Source: Candidatus Bruticola sp. (GTDB taxonomy: Bacteria; Vulcanimicrobiota; Xenobia; Xenobiales; Xenobiaceae). Taken from it: a DNA stretch of 64,000 bases. The position numbers and the translations under genes are program-made. Positions 38,478 to 48,098 of the stretch are shown one piece after another. Every line of letters starts with the position of its first letter. Position 1 is the first letter of the stretch. The notes under the pieces were generated by a model. It was not told where the DNA came from and searched no databases. It worked only from the letters and a program-made list of their open reading frames with translations. The stretch covers positions 96,001 to 160,000 of the forward strand of contig JBJEGD010000026.1 in the NCBI GenBank assembly GCA_051874735.1, written 5' to 3'.

Positions 38478-39653
38478 TTAAGGCCGCATGGAAATCTCGG
38501 TTAAAATTTGAGCCATGCGGGCTGCTCCTCCGGGAGGGCCTAGTCTCTCTTGGCCGATAGATCCGCGCCGTTGCCGATCAGCTTTGTCTTGCATTAGGCG
38601 ACATAGAGTTTCGATTATATCGGGATCGTAATCTTCACAAACAATAAGAGCCTCACCGAGCAGCCCCTTTTGTCTGGCCCTATACCACTTTAAACGAGTC
38701 TCTCCGCCTGGTTCATAAGCAACAACAGGAATACCGTGACCAGCCGCTTGTTCATGTGCTGTGCCCGCCAATCCTAGAGCGACTTGACTGTATTTTAGTA
38801 CATCAGCTAGATGGCCTTTGATAAGAAAGAACTGAACTTGATACTCCGCCTTGTTGTCTGCAAGTTTAAGTTCGCTCCAACCCGGATAAGGTGCTTCGTT
38901 CATAACAAAACCCGGACAGGCCTGTGCTAACTTTGAGGTATCAATAGATGGAGCTACGGCAATAAAGGCACAAATTTTCTTATTTAAGCGTTGAGACAGC
39001 TGGCAACTTATTTCTAAAAGGCGAGGCAGTACCCTGTAAGTAGCTTGTCTGCTGCCGGGAAAGAGAGCTAGGCCTATTTCTTTGCTGCTGTCTAGACTGA
39101 AGTCCAGTTCTTGAGGAACCAAACCATCCATCATAGCATTACCTACCCAGATAGCTTTAACTCCTTTTTGACGCAGACTGGCAGCTGTAGGTTCATCTCG
39201 GACAATAGAGCGAACTTTGAAAGTTCTCAGAACCCAAGCTTCTAGAGCTGAGTAAGGATGATGATAGTCAGATTTAGCCGTGCCAATGAAGGTTATTGGG
39301 CGTATACCAGATAGGGCAGCTAGAATAACTGGCCAAAGATCGCCGACAGCGGCAATGTGATTGAAACGGTGACGATTTGAGCGCAGCCAAAACAGCTGTT
39401 TTAAAGTTAAATAGGCTAAGCCGCCGCCAAGATCTTTCCAAAAATTACGCCAATCTTCTTGAATAAGGCCGCCGCTGGGCATGTCGCTGACAGGGCCGTT
39501 TATGGGAGCTATTCCTTTGTACGCTGAGCCTTCTCCAACCAAAGGTAAAGCTTCTATATCGATTGATTTAGGCAGCTCCTTAATTATCTGGGCAGCTATG
39601 GAATCTTCACCGGCTCCGTTAGATACAAGTAAAAGGCGTTGAGGGGCGGGCAT
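38478..39653 (-). CDS. lipid-A-disaccharide synthase-related protein (TIGR03492-like)
   Basis: VSNGAGED, LPLVGEG, MPSGG, AVGD, TAKS, VGNAMMD, FPGSR, AGTAHEQ, RLGPPG. Start ATG 39653 after AAGGAG. Confidence 0.85.
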   Translation of the reverse strand: MPAPQRLLLVSNGAGEDSIAAQIIKELPKSIDIEALPLVGEGSAYKGIAPINGPVSDMPSGGLIQEDWRNFWKDLGGGLAYLTLKQLFWLRSNRHRFNHIAAVGDLWPVILAALSGIRPITFIGTAKSDYHHPYSALEAWVLRTFKVRSIVRDEPTAASLRQKGVKAIWVGNAMMDGLVPQELDFSLDSSKEIGLALFPGSRQATYRVLPRLLEISCQLSQRLNKKICAFIAVAPSIDTSKLAQACPGFVMNEAPYPGWSELKLADNKAEYQVQFFLIKGHLADVLKYSQVALGLAGTAHEQAAGHGIPVVAYEPGGETRLKWYRARQKGLLGEALIVCEDYDPDIIETLCRLMQDKADRQRRGSIGQERLGPPGGAARMAQILTEISMRP

Positions 39654-39685
39654 AATCTCTCCTTTTAAGTTTTTTAGCAGCAAAT

Positions 39686-40531
39686 TTAAGCTAAACTTAT
39701 CAACTTACAGTGACTTAGCTGTGGATTATCCATATTGTATTCAATTTCATTTATATGTTTGGCGAATGCACCAGTTTGTACAATAAAAGAACCATTAACT
39801 TGACAAGGTGAGTCCAGTTGGGTATGGGTATGGCCTCCTAAAATCCAGGTGCCTGGCGGCGTATTAACCGCCAATTGCTGATCTCGGTCAAAACCTATGT
39901 GACTGATGATAACTAAATTAGTTCTTAGACCTAATTTAGCTGAGCAGCGATCAGCTATCTGAGGCAAAGTTGTCTCTGCTTTGAAAAAACGAAAACCAAA
40001 TATTTTTTCCCATATGGCATTATGAGGGTATTGCACCGGCATGGCTGATAAAATCAGCAAGGCACAATTTGAGCTCCAAGAGCTGTTAAAAAGCGCCAGA
40101 CCGGGAATCCAGCGCTCTGAGGATAGTTCTTGCCAGGCCGAGGAGTTACGCCAGTTAGCAGAACTGCAGTCTATTATTGGTATATCTTGAATTTGCTCGA
40201 CAAATTCGCGCTGAGTTAAATGACCACTAAGACGTATATCAGACAAATTAGTACAGATAAGCGGAAAAGAACGCTGTCTAGCTCTTTTGTCTAGAATACG
40301 CCTTTGATAATTGAACTCTCGATTGCCCATAGCCATGGCTGCGCAGCCGACAGAACTCATTTTATCTAAGTTTGGTTCAAAGTTTTTCCATACTGTGTTA
40401 GAACCGATTAGAGCGTCGCCGCTGTCAAAATAAAGGGCTTGACCTGCGGCTATAGAGGCCTGGGCCTGGCTTTTGAGCCAAGCCAAAGCCTCGCTGCGTC
40501 CGTGCATATCGTTGGTATGATAAATAATCAT
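39686..40531 (-). CDS. stand-alone calcineurin-like metallophosphoesterase (5'-nucleotidase N-domain type)
   Basis: HTNDMH, DSGD, GNRE, SHIG, GGHTH; no C-terminal nucleotidase domain. Confidence 0.85.
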   Translation of the reverse strand: MIIYHTNDMHGRSEALAWLKSQAQASIAAGQALYFDSGDALIGSNTVWKNFEPNLDKMSSVGCAAMAMGNREFNYQRRILDKRARQRSFPLICTNLSDIRLSGHLTQREFVEQIQDIPIIDCSSANWRNSSAWQELSSERWIPGLALFNSSWSSNCALLILSAMPVQYPHNAIWEKIFGFRFFKAETTLPQIADRCSAKLGLRTNLVIISHIGFDRDQQLAVNTPPGTWILGGHTHTQLDSPCQVNGSFIVQTGAFAKHINEIEYNMDNPQLSHCKLISLA

Positions 40532-40556
40532 GCAACTTAGAGATGACTTATAACAA

Positions 40557-41129
40557 TCAATTTTTGCTTCGCTGGGAAACTTTTGAGCTTCTTTCCTGAG
40601 CTACTTCGGTATAGACTTGACGGTAGCGATCTATTCCTATATATCTACAAATTACTATACCGTAACCTATTATCCAACCGACTCCAGCTAGAGAAGCACC
40701 ACCCAAACATACCCCTAATATTAAACCAATGCATCCGAAAATTAAACTGTTTAGCATAGGCTTAGAATCTAGTGATATTGAGTAACCTAAAGAAAGCCCA
40801 ATAATAGCTCCCACTAGTCCGTAGTAACTACCTTTGCCTATATCTGCAGCCGTGGTTGCAATAGCCAAACTCGCTTTAGCTGCCTGCACAAGTGAATATT
40901 CAGACTGGCCAGCATCGATAATGGAGTTCGCTCCCCACAAGAATCCCATCATCAGTCCCATGCCGGCGAAGCAGAGGCAGTACAAAGTCCTCTGTTGTTT
41001 GGTAAGAAAAGTTACAGACTGTTCTGTATTACTAGTCTTATTCGCGGTAGACGATGAATTTTTTTTATCTTGCTTAGCGTTTTTCTTTTCTTTTTTTTTG
41101 CTGTCTTTGAGAGACGCCGGATCACTCAT
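40557..41129 (-). CDS. hypothetical membrane protein
   Basis: Lys-rich N-terminus followed by three or four Gly-rich hydrophobic helices; overlaps the upstream stop codon. Confidence 0.75.
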   Translation of the reverse strand: MSDPASLKDSKKKEKKNAKQDKKNSSSTANKTSNTEQSVTFLTKQQRTLYCLCFAGMGLMMGFLWGANSIIDAGQSEYSLVQAAKASLAIATTAADIGKGSYYGLVGAIIGLSLGYSISLDSKPMLNSLIFGCIGLILGVCLGGASLAGVGWIIGYGIVICRYIGIDRYRQVYTEVAQERSSKVSQRSKN

Positions 41130-42105
41130 GTTTTTTATCTTTGTCCTTCAGAGATAATTTTGCCAATTTTTTTATTTGCTCCCATTTTTTTAAAGGAAGC
41201 TGACGCATCGCAATTTGGCGCATCGATACTTTATGTGCTTGAACGGGATCGCCGGACCACACTGACTGACCGGCTGGAATATCTTTATCCACGCCCGATC
41301 TAGCTGCTACTGTGGCAAAATCGCCGATATGACGCCCTTCTTTTACCAAGCATTGGCCGGCGGCTATGGATAATTTTCCAATATAAGCTCTCTCCTGCAG
41401 ACAGTTTTGAGAAATAATTATAGCCATAGGCTCTATAATAGATTCTTTGTTAATGCAGGCTAAATTGTCTATGCGCACTCCTTGATGAATAAGTGCTTTC
41501 CTGCCTATAAAGCAGCGAGCACCTATTTCAATATCACTTCCCAAAGAAGCTTCATCTTCGATAATGGTTAGCGGCCCTACTAAACTTGAACCTTCCAATT
41601 TTACTTTTTTCCCTAAAGAAACTCCGGGCATCAATTTAGTGTCAGCTCCTACAAAGCTGTCGCTATCTATGCTGACATGAGCTTGAATTTGGCAGTTATC
41701 GCCAATGGTTACTCCATCTGCTATAACGGCAAAGGGGCCTATATAGGCTGTAGGAGATATGTTGGCAGAATCGCTTATGCAAGCACTTTCGTGTATCCCC
41801 GGCTTAAAGCGAAAAGGAGGATAATACAAATCGAGGAGCTTAGCATAGGCTACTCGAGAATTTTTCACTAATATAGCCGGAATATTTGTTTGTATTTTTT
41901 CGGGTATAATTACTGCAGCAAAGCCGAGGTGCACTGCTTCTTGTAGTGAACTTTCGTCTTCAGCGAAAGTAATTGCCGAGTTTAGATTGTGACTTAAAGC
42001 TGCGTCCATACCTGTGACTTCTTTTATAACCAGAGAAGCACTTTCCGGTATGTTCAGACGACCTTCAAGATAATCGGCCAGCTCTTTTAAGTTCTTTACC
42101 ACCAT
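41122..42105 (-). CDS. LpxD paralog with uridine-binding domain, catalytic His apparently lost
   Basis: LKELADYL, AITF, LVKNSRVAYAKLL, GIHESA, IDNL, KDIPAG, SGDP; lacks DGFG and AHN. Confidence 0.8.
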   Translation of the reverse strand: MVVKNLKELADYLEGRLNIPESASLVIKEVTGMDAALSHNLNSAITFAEDESSLQEAVHLGFAAVIIPEKIQTNIPAILVKNSRVAYAKLLDLYYPPFRFKPGIHESACISDSANISPTAYIGPFAVIADGVTIGDNCQIQAHVSIDSDSFVGADTKLMPGVSLGKKVKLEGSSLVGPLTIIEDEASLGSDIEIGARCFIGRKALIHQGVRIDNLACINKESIIEPMAIIISQNCLQERAYIGKLSIAAGQCLVKEGRHIGDFATVAARSGVDKDIPAGQSVWSGDPVQAHKVSMRQIAMRQLPLKKWEQIKKLAKLSLKDKDKKHE

Positions 42106-43415
42106 AATTCAGGATAATCACTCCAAGTTTCTGCCGGATCTATATCCGCTTCTTCTAATGTTAGACTGCGTACAGCCAAGGGAACGCACATGGTACGCCC
42201 GTTCAAAACTGATTCATAACCTAAACCTATCAAGTCTGCTCCCAAGAGATCGGTGTAGTTAGCCCTGACAATAAACTGGGGCACTCGGCAAATAGGGCGG
42301 CCGTGGTGCAGCAAGAAAGCTGTCTCGCATCGCCTAGCAAACTGTCCCTCTTTTTTCAGGTGACTAGGAAGAGGAGTCAACCTGTCCAATAAAATGCCAA
42401 AGTCTGTCTTAGCGCATAATTCGCCTAAAGAATAGTCTCCGCCTTTGAGAATTAAATTAGAATGACCAGGTTTAGGTGGCTGTCCCCAAGGACGCACTGC
42501 CGAACCGTTAGGTACAACTCCGCAGGCTCTCGCTGTGCTTAAATCGTAAATGCCGCCTACTAGTTCGCCTTGGCGTATTAGTGGTAGTGATGTTTTAGTA
42601 ATTCCTTCACCGTCAAAAGGTACACTGCCAAAGCCTCTGGGTAAAGACGCATCATCCGTTATATTTATGCAAGGGGACAGCCACGGAGAATTTTTGGGTA
42701 AAGATTTAAAAAGCGGTGCATCAGCATAAAGCATTTCTTTGGCGAAATCTTCGAGTAATTTACCGCAGGCGCTCGATGTAAATACGCCAGGAATCGTATT
42801 GCTATCTGGCCAGGCCATCTCTGTGGAATGTACGGAACGCCAGGTTAACCTGCAGAGCATTTCTGCAGGAGAATGCTGAGCAGAAGTACTGTAGATGGCG
42901 TCTCCCACAGGTATACCGTCGTTGGAGTTTAAAGTTAGCAGATGTAGAATGCGGCTGGCACAGCGCTCTCCGCTTCTAGTTGTGATTTTTAACGTATGCT
43001 GCAATAACCTGGCACTAAGAGAAAAACGCCTGTTGGGCAACAAAGAAGGAAGCATAAAATCAAGCCCTTGAATTAAGGCTTTAAAATGCATAATTGAATC
43101 TTCGAGTTGTTGCGAAGTTTCAGAGATGTTGGAAACTGAGGTAGGAGAAATTAAGCCCTTTTGTGAGAATGAACCGCGCTTGCCGTTGGCCGCACTTTGG
43201 GCAGCTTTCTGTAGTAAATCGCTAATGGAAAATTCTCCCTCAGACCAAACATAACCAAGACGTCCGTCTATATTTATTCTGAGCCCTAGTCCGGGTTTAA
43301 ATATACGCTGATCAGGCTGAGCTAAGTTGACTTCTGTATAAACTTCTTCGGAAACTTCAGCATCTCTGGCCATACCGAGTGCTTTGACCAGCAGTTGATT
43401 TGCATAACTGGCCAT
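42096..43415 (-). CDS. TldD/PmbA (TldE-related) family protein, divergent
   Basis: GLGLRI..GRLG, ITDDASL..GFGSVPFDGEG, LIRQGEL, GSA.R, SNLIL. Confidence 0.8.
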   Translation of the reverse strand: MASYANQLLVKALGMARDAEVSEEVYTEVNLAQPDQRIFKPGLGLRINIDGRLGYVWSEGEFSISDLLQKAAQSAANGKRGSFSQKGLISPTSVSNISETSQQLEDSIMHFKALIQGLDFMLPSLLPNRRFSLSARLLQHTLKITTRSGERCASRILHLLTLNSNDGIPVGDAIYSTSAQHSPAEMLCRLTWRSVHSTEMAWPDSNTIPGVFTSSACGKLLEDFAKEMLYADAPLFKSLPKNSPWLSPCINITDDASLPRGFGSVPFDGEGITKTSLPLIRQGELVGGIYDLSTARACGVVPNGSAVRPWGQPPKPGHSNLILKGGDYSLGELCAKTDFGILLDRLTPLPSHLKKEGQFARRCETAFLLHHGRPICRVPQFIVRANYTDLLGADLIGLGYESVLNGRTMCVPLAVRSLTLEEADIDPAETWSDYPELWW

Positions 43416-43417
43416 AG

Positions 43418-44065
43418 TTATTCTTTATTTCCCAAAATCAGTATATTATAGGGCAGTACTTCCATATCTGATAGAAGTTTTTGATAATTTGGTTCGCATA
43501 TAGACGTGCTGTTTTCATTAGGAAGCTTAAGCAACCAAAGTTGCTCCACAGAGTCAACTTGACTAACTTCGGCGCCATTAATAGCTGCCCACTGTCTGGC
43601 TACTCTTCGGCTGTTTTGAGCATCCAGATATAAGAAGCAGTATTGTAGGTTCTGTTTTGTAACTATTTTTACGAAACTTTCTAATCCGGAAGCAGAGTCC
43701 TGAGCAGAAGCTCCCCGCAAATCTAGACATGGAGTTCCTTTAAATACAGAAGCTTGAGAATGAGTTAATTTTGTTAATAGATCTGATTTCAGATGTTTTG
43801 AACTTTGAGAATGATTTTGGGAGGCTTCAGGAAGAGTGCTGTAATTATTTAAAACAACCTCAGCTTGAGGATCTAAATAGCGTCTTAAGGTGCCCTGCAG
43901 TCCTTTAACTAGAAAGGCCGTTGGCAATCCGGGAGCAAAGCGCTCCAGACTGACATTTAATCTATTTAATTCTTTATCGAAACTAAAGCTTGTGAAACGT
44001 ACCCCCTCATCATTAAAAGTTTTAGTCAATTTATTTAAAATTTCCTCAGGGGTATACTTATCCAT
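43418..44065 (-). CDS. hypothetical protein
   Basis: 215-aa ORF with RBS, first gene of the minus-strand operon. Confidence 0.7.
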   Translation of the reverse strand: MDKYTPEEILNKLTKTFNDEGVRFTSFSFDKELNRLNVSLERFAPGLPTAFLVKGLQGTLRRYLDPQAEVVLNNYSTLPEASQNHSQSSKHLKSDLLTKLTHSQASVFKGTPCLDLRGASAQDSASGLESFVKIVTKQNLQYCFLYLDAQNSRRVARQWAAINGAEVSQVDSVEQLWLLKLPNENSTSICEPNYQKLLSDMEVLPYNILILGNKE

Positions 44066-44278
44066 TTCATGTTTCCTTTATTAAATTTAGTTTTAGCTGC
44101 TGATTAAGTATGTTGGACTTAAACTTAACAGTATTAACATTATAAATAAGGCGCCGTTCAGTCTTGAATCTCTTCTTTCAAGGAGGAGATTAATCTGCAC
44201 GGCGCTTCTGAGTAATTATAATGATAAACACGAAAACGGCCGACAGCAACAACGGCAATTTCGGCGGCGCAGGACTAT

Positions 44279-46048
44279 TTAGAAAACGGCTGTACCTGGA
44301 TCTGTTTTAGCTTGCTGGTAAAAATCTTGCCAGAGTTTTTTCTCATTGTTCATGCGTTCAACGCTGACATTTTTACTCTTAATTTTTGCGACTATGTCTT
44401 GCCGACTGCGTTCTACTTCTTTGAAACGACCTGGTTTCCAAGCGTACTCGTCAAGATTGTATATATCGCGGTTGCGGTACTCTCCCACTTTATAAAGGAC
44501 AGCGTAATTTTTTTCCATGTAGTACAAAGTTTCAAACGAAAAAGGATTAAGTTTGTTAGCTTTTTCGAAACACTGAGCTGCATCGTAGAAATAACTCTCT
44601 ACAGGACGGTTTTTATCCTGAGCTTTATCGCCTTTGCGTAAGCGCTCGTATCGGTATATACCCGCCCTTAAGTAACTTTGCCCTTGATTAAATTTAAATG
44701 AGGAATAAGTCCAGAAGCCAAGAGCGACAGCTATGATTAAAGGTCCTATCACCAGAGCGAAGATGCTAGCTGCTTTATATGTGGCGGTGGAGTCTCCTTT
44801 GTCTTTGGGGGCATTACCGGACACAATGCGCTCTCTGGCAGCATAAAAATCTTGTTCTATAGTTTCTTTAGTTTTGGAAGCTAAAGCCCTTATTTTAGCT
44901 TCGTATCGGTTAGAAGCCATGATTTTTGTGCATATATCGGAGGCCGCTTCTAAAAAACCAGAGTGACCGATCTCTTCAGCCATTAACAGCCAATCCTCAG
45001 GATCGCTGCTGGTAATTTCGTGAATAACTTCACCTGGGCGAATGGAATCATCTAGTTCCAACGCTTTGGAAAAATGGACTGCTGCTCTTTCTGGTTCGCC
45101 TATGGCCATAGAACATAGGCCTAAGCCATAGTGAGCATCAATATTATTAGGGAAGCGTTTCAGACTATTCTGAATATCAAAGTGCAGCTCTGAGAATTTT
45201 CCTTTGTCGAAAAGCTCAAGCTGTTCTTCCGTAAAAATATTGGCGATTTTGCGGGAAGTTACTGGAATTTTAGGAGTTGTCGACTGAGAGTTTTGCTCAG
45301 CTTCGACCTTTACTACATTTTGGGATACCGAAGGAGTTGCGGGCGGTACCGTAGGCTGCGAAGATAGCTGTGCTGACCTTTCTGTTGGTATATTCGCAGA
45401 GGTTGGGGCTGTCTGAGGATATCCCGGCTGCATAGGTCTGGGCTGGGGCGGTCTGCCTCCCGGTGTACCTGCGAGCACGGGAGCAGACTGAGGGTATCCC
45501 GTCTGCATAGGTCTGGGCTGGGGCGGTCTGCCTCCCGGTGTACCTGCGAGCACGGGAGCAGACTGAGGGTATCCCGTCTGCATAGGTCTGGGCTGAGGCG
45601 GTCTGCCTCCTGGTGTACCTGCGGGCATGGGAGCAGACTGAGGATATCCCGTATGCGTAGGTCTGGGCTGAGGCGGTCTTCCTCCTGGTGTACCTGCGGG
45701 CATAGGAGCAGACTGAGGATATCCCGTCTGCATAGGTCTGGGCTGAGGCGGTCTTCCTCCTGGTGTACCTGCAGGCATGGGAGCAGACTGAGGATATCCC
45801 GTCTGCATAGGTCTGGGCTGAGGTAGTCTTCCTCCTGGCGTATTTAAAGGCATGGGAGCAGACTGAGGGTGTCCCGGATGCATGGGGCTAGGCTGGGGGG
45901 GACGGGGAGTATAGCTTTGCCTTGATGAATACGGTTGAGATGTACTGGGAATTGCAGTTTGAGCACTGAAATTATCCGCAGGAGTACCCTGGCTATCCTG
46001 CTGGTCTTGTAGTGTTAAATTGCTGCGCGGAGGCATTTGCATGCTCAC
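44279..46048 (-). CDS. membrane protein with Pro-rich repeats and TPR motifs
   Basis: 25-aa PRPMQTGYPQSAPMPAGTPGGRPPQ repeats; TPR (AHYGLGLC..A..HFSKALELD); one TM helix; second TPR-like region. Confidence 0.8.
   Translation of the reverse strand: MSMQMPPRSNLTLQDQQDSQGTPADNFSAQTAIPSTSQPYSSRQSYTPRPPQPSPMHPGHPQSAPMPLNTPGGRLPQPRPMQTGYPQSAPMPAGTPGGRPPQPRPMQTGYPQSAPMPAGTPGGRPPQPRPTHTGYPQSAPMPAGTPGGRPPQPRPMQTGYPQSAPVLAGTPGGRPPQPRPMQTGYPQSAPVLAGTPGGRPPQPRPMQPGYPQTAPTSANIPTERSAQLSSQPTVPPATPSVSQNVVKVEAEQNSQSTTPKIPVTSRKIANIFTEEQLELFDKGKFSELHFDIQNSLKRFPNNIDAHYGLGLCSMAIGEPERAAVHFSKALELDDSIRPGEVIHEITSSDPEDWLLMAEEIGHSGFLEAASDICTKIMASNRYEAKIRALASKTKETIEQDFYAARERIVSGNAPKDKGDSTATYKAASIFALVIGPLIIAVALGFWTYSSFKFNQGQSYLRAGIYRYERLRKGDKAQDKNRPVESYFYDAAQCFEKANKLNPFSFETLYYMEKNYAVLYKVGEYRNRDIYNLDEYAWKPGRFKEVERSRQDIVAKIKSKNVSVERMNNEKKLWQDFYQQAKTDPGTAVF
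45413..45900. repeat. 75-bp in-frame tandem repeat, six full copies plus a partial
   Basis: Units start at 45413, 45488, 45563, 45638, 45713, 45788 and 45863. Confidence 0.95.
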
Positions 46049-46477
46049 TTGAGTACATCCTTTTCGAAACTATTAAAAGACTGCGTCTCTGATATAGTCT
46101 TCACGCAGCAGCACGAAAGGTCTAGAGCGAAAACCTCTGATTAAAGCGTTTTTATAAACCGCTTTTTTATATAACAGAGTTACATCCTTCTTCGTTTTTA
46201 TTGTGTTCGGTGTAGCTATCTATTGACGGAATATCAAGTTCACCGAATGCTGACTGCTGCATTAGACAAGCCTACTTATATTTGACGAAAATGGCTTATA
46301 ACCTTTTATCTATCAACTTGCACAACAGTCAGCTTATTTAATTTGTTTCATATTTTTATTGTTAGCAACTAAAAAATATTAATAACAATTCAATGTCTTA
46401 AATGGCAAGGAAAAGAAAAGTTTGCCTGATATTATATAAAATTATGCAGTTTATTAAGGTTGCAGCGGAGGCATTAT

Positions 46478-47179
46478 ATGATTTCTCCTAGTGGCAGGCT
46501 TTTGTGTCTGTTAGCCGTTATGTCTGTTTTATATGGATGCGGAGAAAATATTGAGAAAAAAAGCGGTACGGATACTGTGCCCACTGATAAGTCTGTTGCT
46601 TCATCCGTTGATCAGAATACAAATTTGAAAACAAAAGAAGAGACAACAGGCGGTGTGGTTGGCCGTTCTGTTAGCTCTGACAGCAAGGTAAAATCGTTTG
46701 AAGACGGGGCTGTAAAAGCAGATCAAGAAGCCGAGATAAAAGAAGATAGGCAGGGAGTTAATGCTATATCTCTCTCTGCTAAAGGAGATTCTCCTTGGAG
46801 TTTAACGGCCAACCGTATTGTTTACGATGATTCAACGAAAAAGGCCAGAGCTTCAAACATAACTTGGAACTTGCTTGATAAAAATGGAAAGTCTTCTCTA
46901 GAGCTTAAAGGTGACGCCGCTGTGGTAAATTTAGAGACGCAAGGGTTGGCCTTTGAAGGGCCTGTTCATGCCATTGGTCCCAAGGGAGAAAATATTACCT
47001 GCACTAAGCTTATTTGGGACAGTAAAACAAGGAAGCTGCGCGGATCTCATGGAGTTAAAGTTATCAGAGAAAGTTCTGTTATGACTGGAGATAATATGGT
47101 GGCGTCTCCCGATCTGAAACAAATTGAAGTTGAGGGTAATGTACGCATTCACTTTAATTCAAGTTTGGAATCGAATTAG
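46478..47179 (+). CDS. lptC: LptC-like LPS export protein (lipoprotein)
   Basis: Lipobox LYGC; jellyroll-like WSLTA, KLIWD, MTGDNM; precedes lptB. Start ATG 46478 after GGAGG. Confidence 0.75.
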   Translation: MISPSGRLLCLLAVMSVLYGCGENIEKKSGTDTVPTDKSVASSVDQNTNLKTKEETTGGVVGRSVSSDSKVKSFEDGAVKADQEAEIKEDRQGVNAISLSAKGDSPWSLTANRIVYDDSTKKARASNITWNLLDKNGKSSLELKGDAAVVNLETQGLAFEGPVHAIGPKGENITCTKLIWDSKTRKLRGSHGVKVIRESSVMTGDNMVASPDLKQIEVEGNVRIHFNSSLESN

Positions 47180-47203
47180 ATCGACAAGGCGAGAGGGCAA
47201 AGA

Positions 47204-47989
47204 ATGGCTATCAAGGCTGAAGGTCTAGTCAAAATATATAAAGACCGCCGTGTTGTAGACGGAGTTAATTTTGAAGTTGGTCCAGGAGAAGTGGTTGGCC
47301 TTTTGGGGGCTAACGGAGCTGGTAAAACTACAACTTTTTATATGGTAGTGGGGCTTATACGTCCTGATGGAGGAAAAATTTTTCTTAACGGTAGCGATGT
47401 TACCTCTTTGCCCATGCATATAAGAGCCAGGATGGGTATAGGGTATCTACCTCAAGAAGCTTCTGCATTTCGCAAACTTACTGTAGAAGATAATCTGCGC
47501 CTTTTATGGCAAATTAATGGAGTACCTCCTAAGGAACAGGCTGAGCGTTTAGAAAAGCTGCTGGATGAGTACCAGCTGCATAAAGTCCGCCACAGTCGAG
47601 CTATAGAACTTTCCGGAGGTGAACGTCGACGTCTAGAAATAGCCAGATCGTTGGCCATTAAACCTCAATACCTCCTTTTAGATGAACCTTTCTCTGGTGT
47701 CGATCCTATAGCGGTAGCTTCTATTCAAAAAATTATTCGCAGTGTAAAAGCTCAGGGGCTGGGAGTTTTAATTACTGACCACAATGTAAGAGAAACTTTA
47801 GCCATTACCGACAGAGCGTATATTATTCGTGAAGGCAGGATATTAGTATCTGGTAGCGCTGTGGAGCTGGCTAATAATTCTGATGCGCGCAAGTACTATT
47901 TGGGAGAAGCTTACCGGACCGGATTTGAAAATGAGCAGACAGCTGCAGAAGTGGATAAAGCCATAATAGAAGAGAAGGCTGGAAGGTAA
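47204..47989 (+). CDS. lptB: LPS export ABC transporter ATPase
   Basis: GANGAGKTTTFY, YLPQE, LSGGERRRLEIAR, LDEPFSGVDP, ITDHNVRETL. Confidence 0.96.
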   Translation: MAIKAEGLVKIYKDRRVVDGVNFEVGPGEVVGLLGANGAGKTTTFYMVVGLIRPDGGKIFLNGSDVTSLPMHIRARMGIGYLPQEASAFRKLTVEDNLRLLWQINGVPPKEQAERLEKLLDEYQLHKVRHSRAIELSGGERRRLEIARSLAIKPQYLLLDEPFSGVDPIAVASIQKIIRSVKAQGLGVLITDHNVRETLAITDRAYIIREGRILVSGSAVELANNSDARKYYLGEAYRTGFENEQTAAEVDKAIIEEKAGR

Positions 47990-48098
47990 AAAGAATAAAC
48001 AGCTAAGAGCATCTGCTGCTTAGTTAATCTTAACAAGTAGAACTCTGATTTATAGTCGGCTGGAAAATCCGGATTAGAAGGCAAGTAGACAGGTATTT

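Noticed and set aside
45413-45900. Regularly spaced repeats as a CRISPR array
   Set aside because: Units are contiguous 75-bp in-frame copies with no unique spacers, and no cas genes are present.
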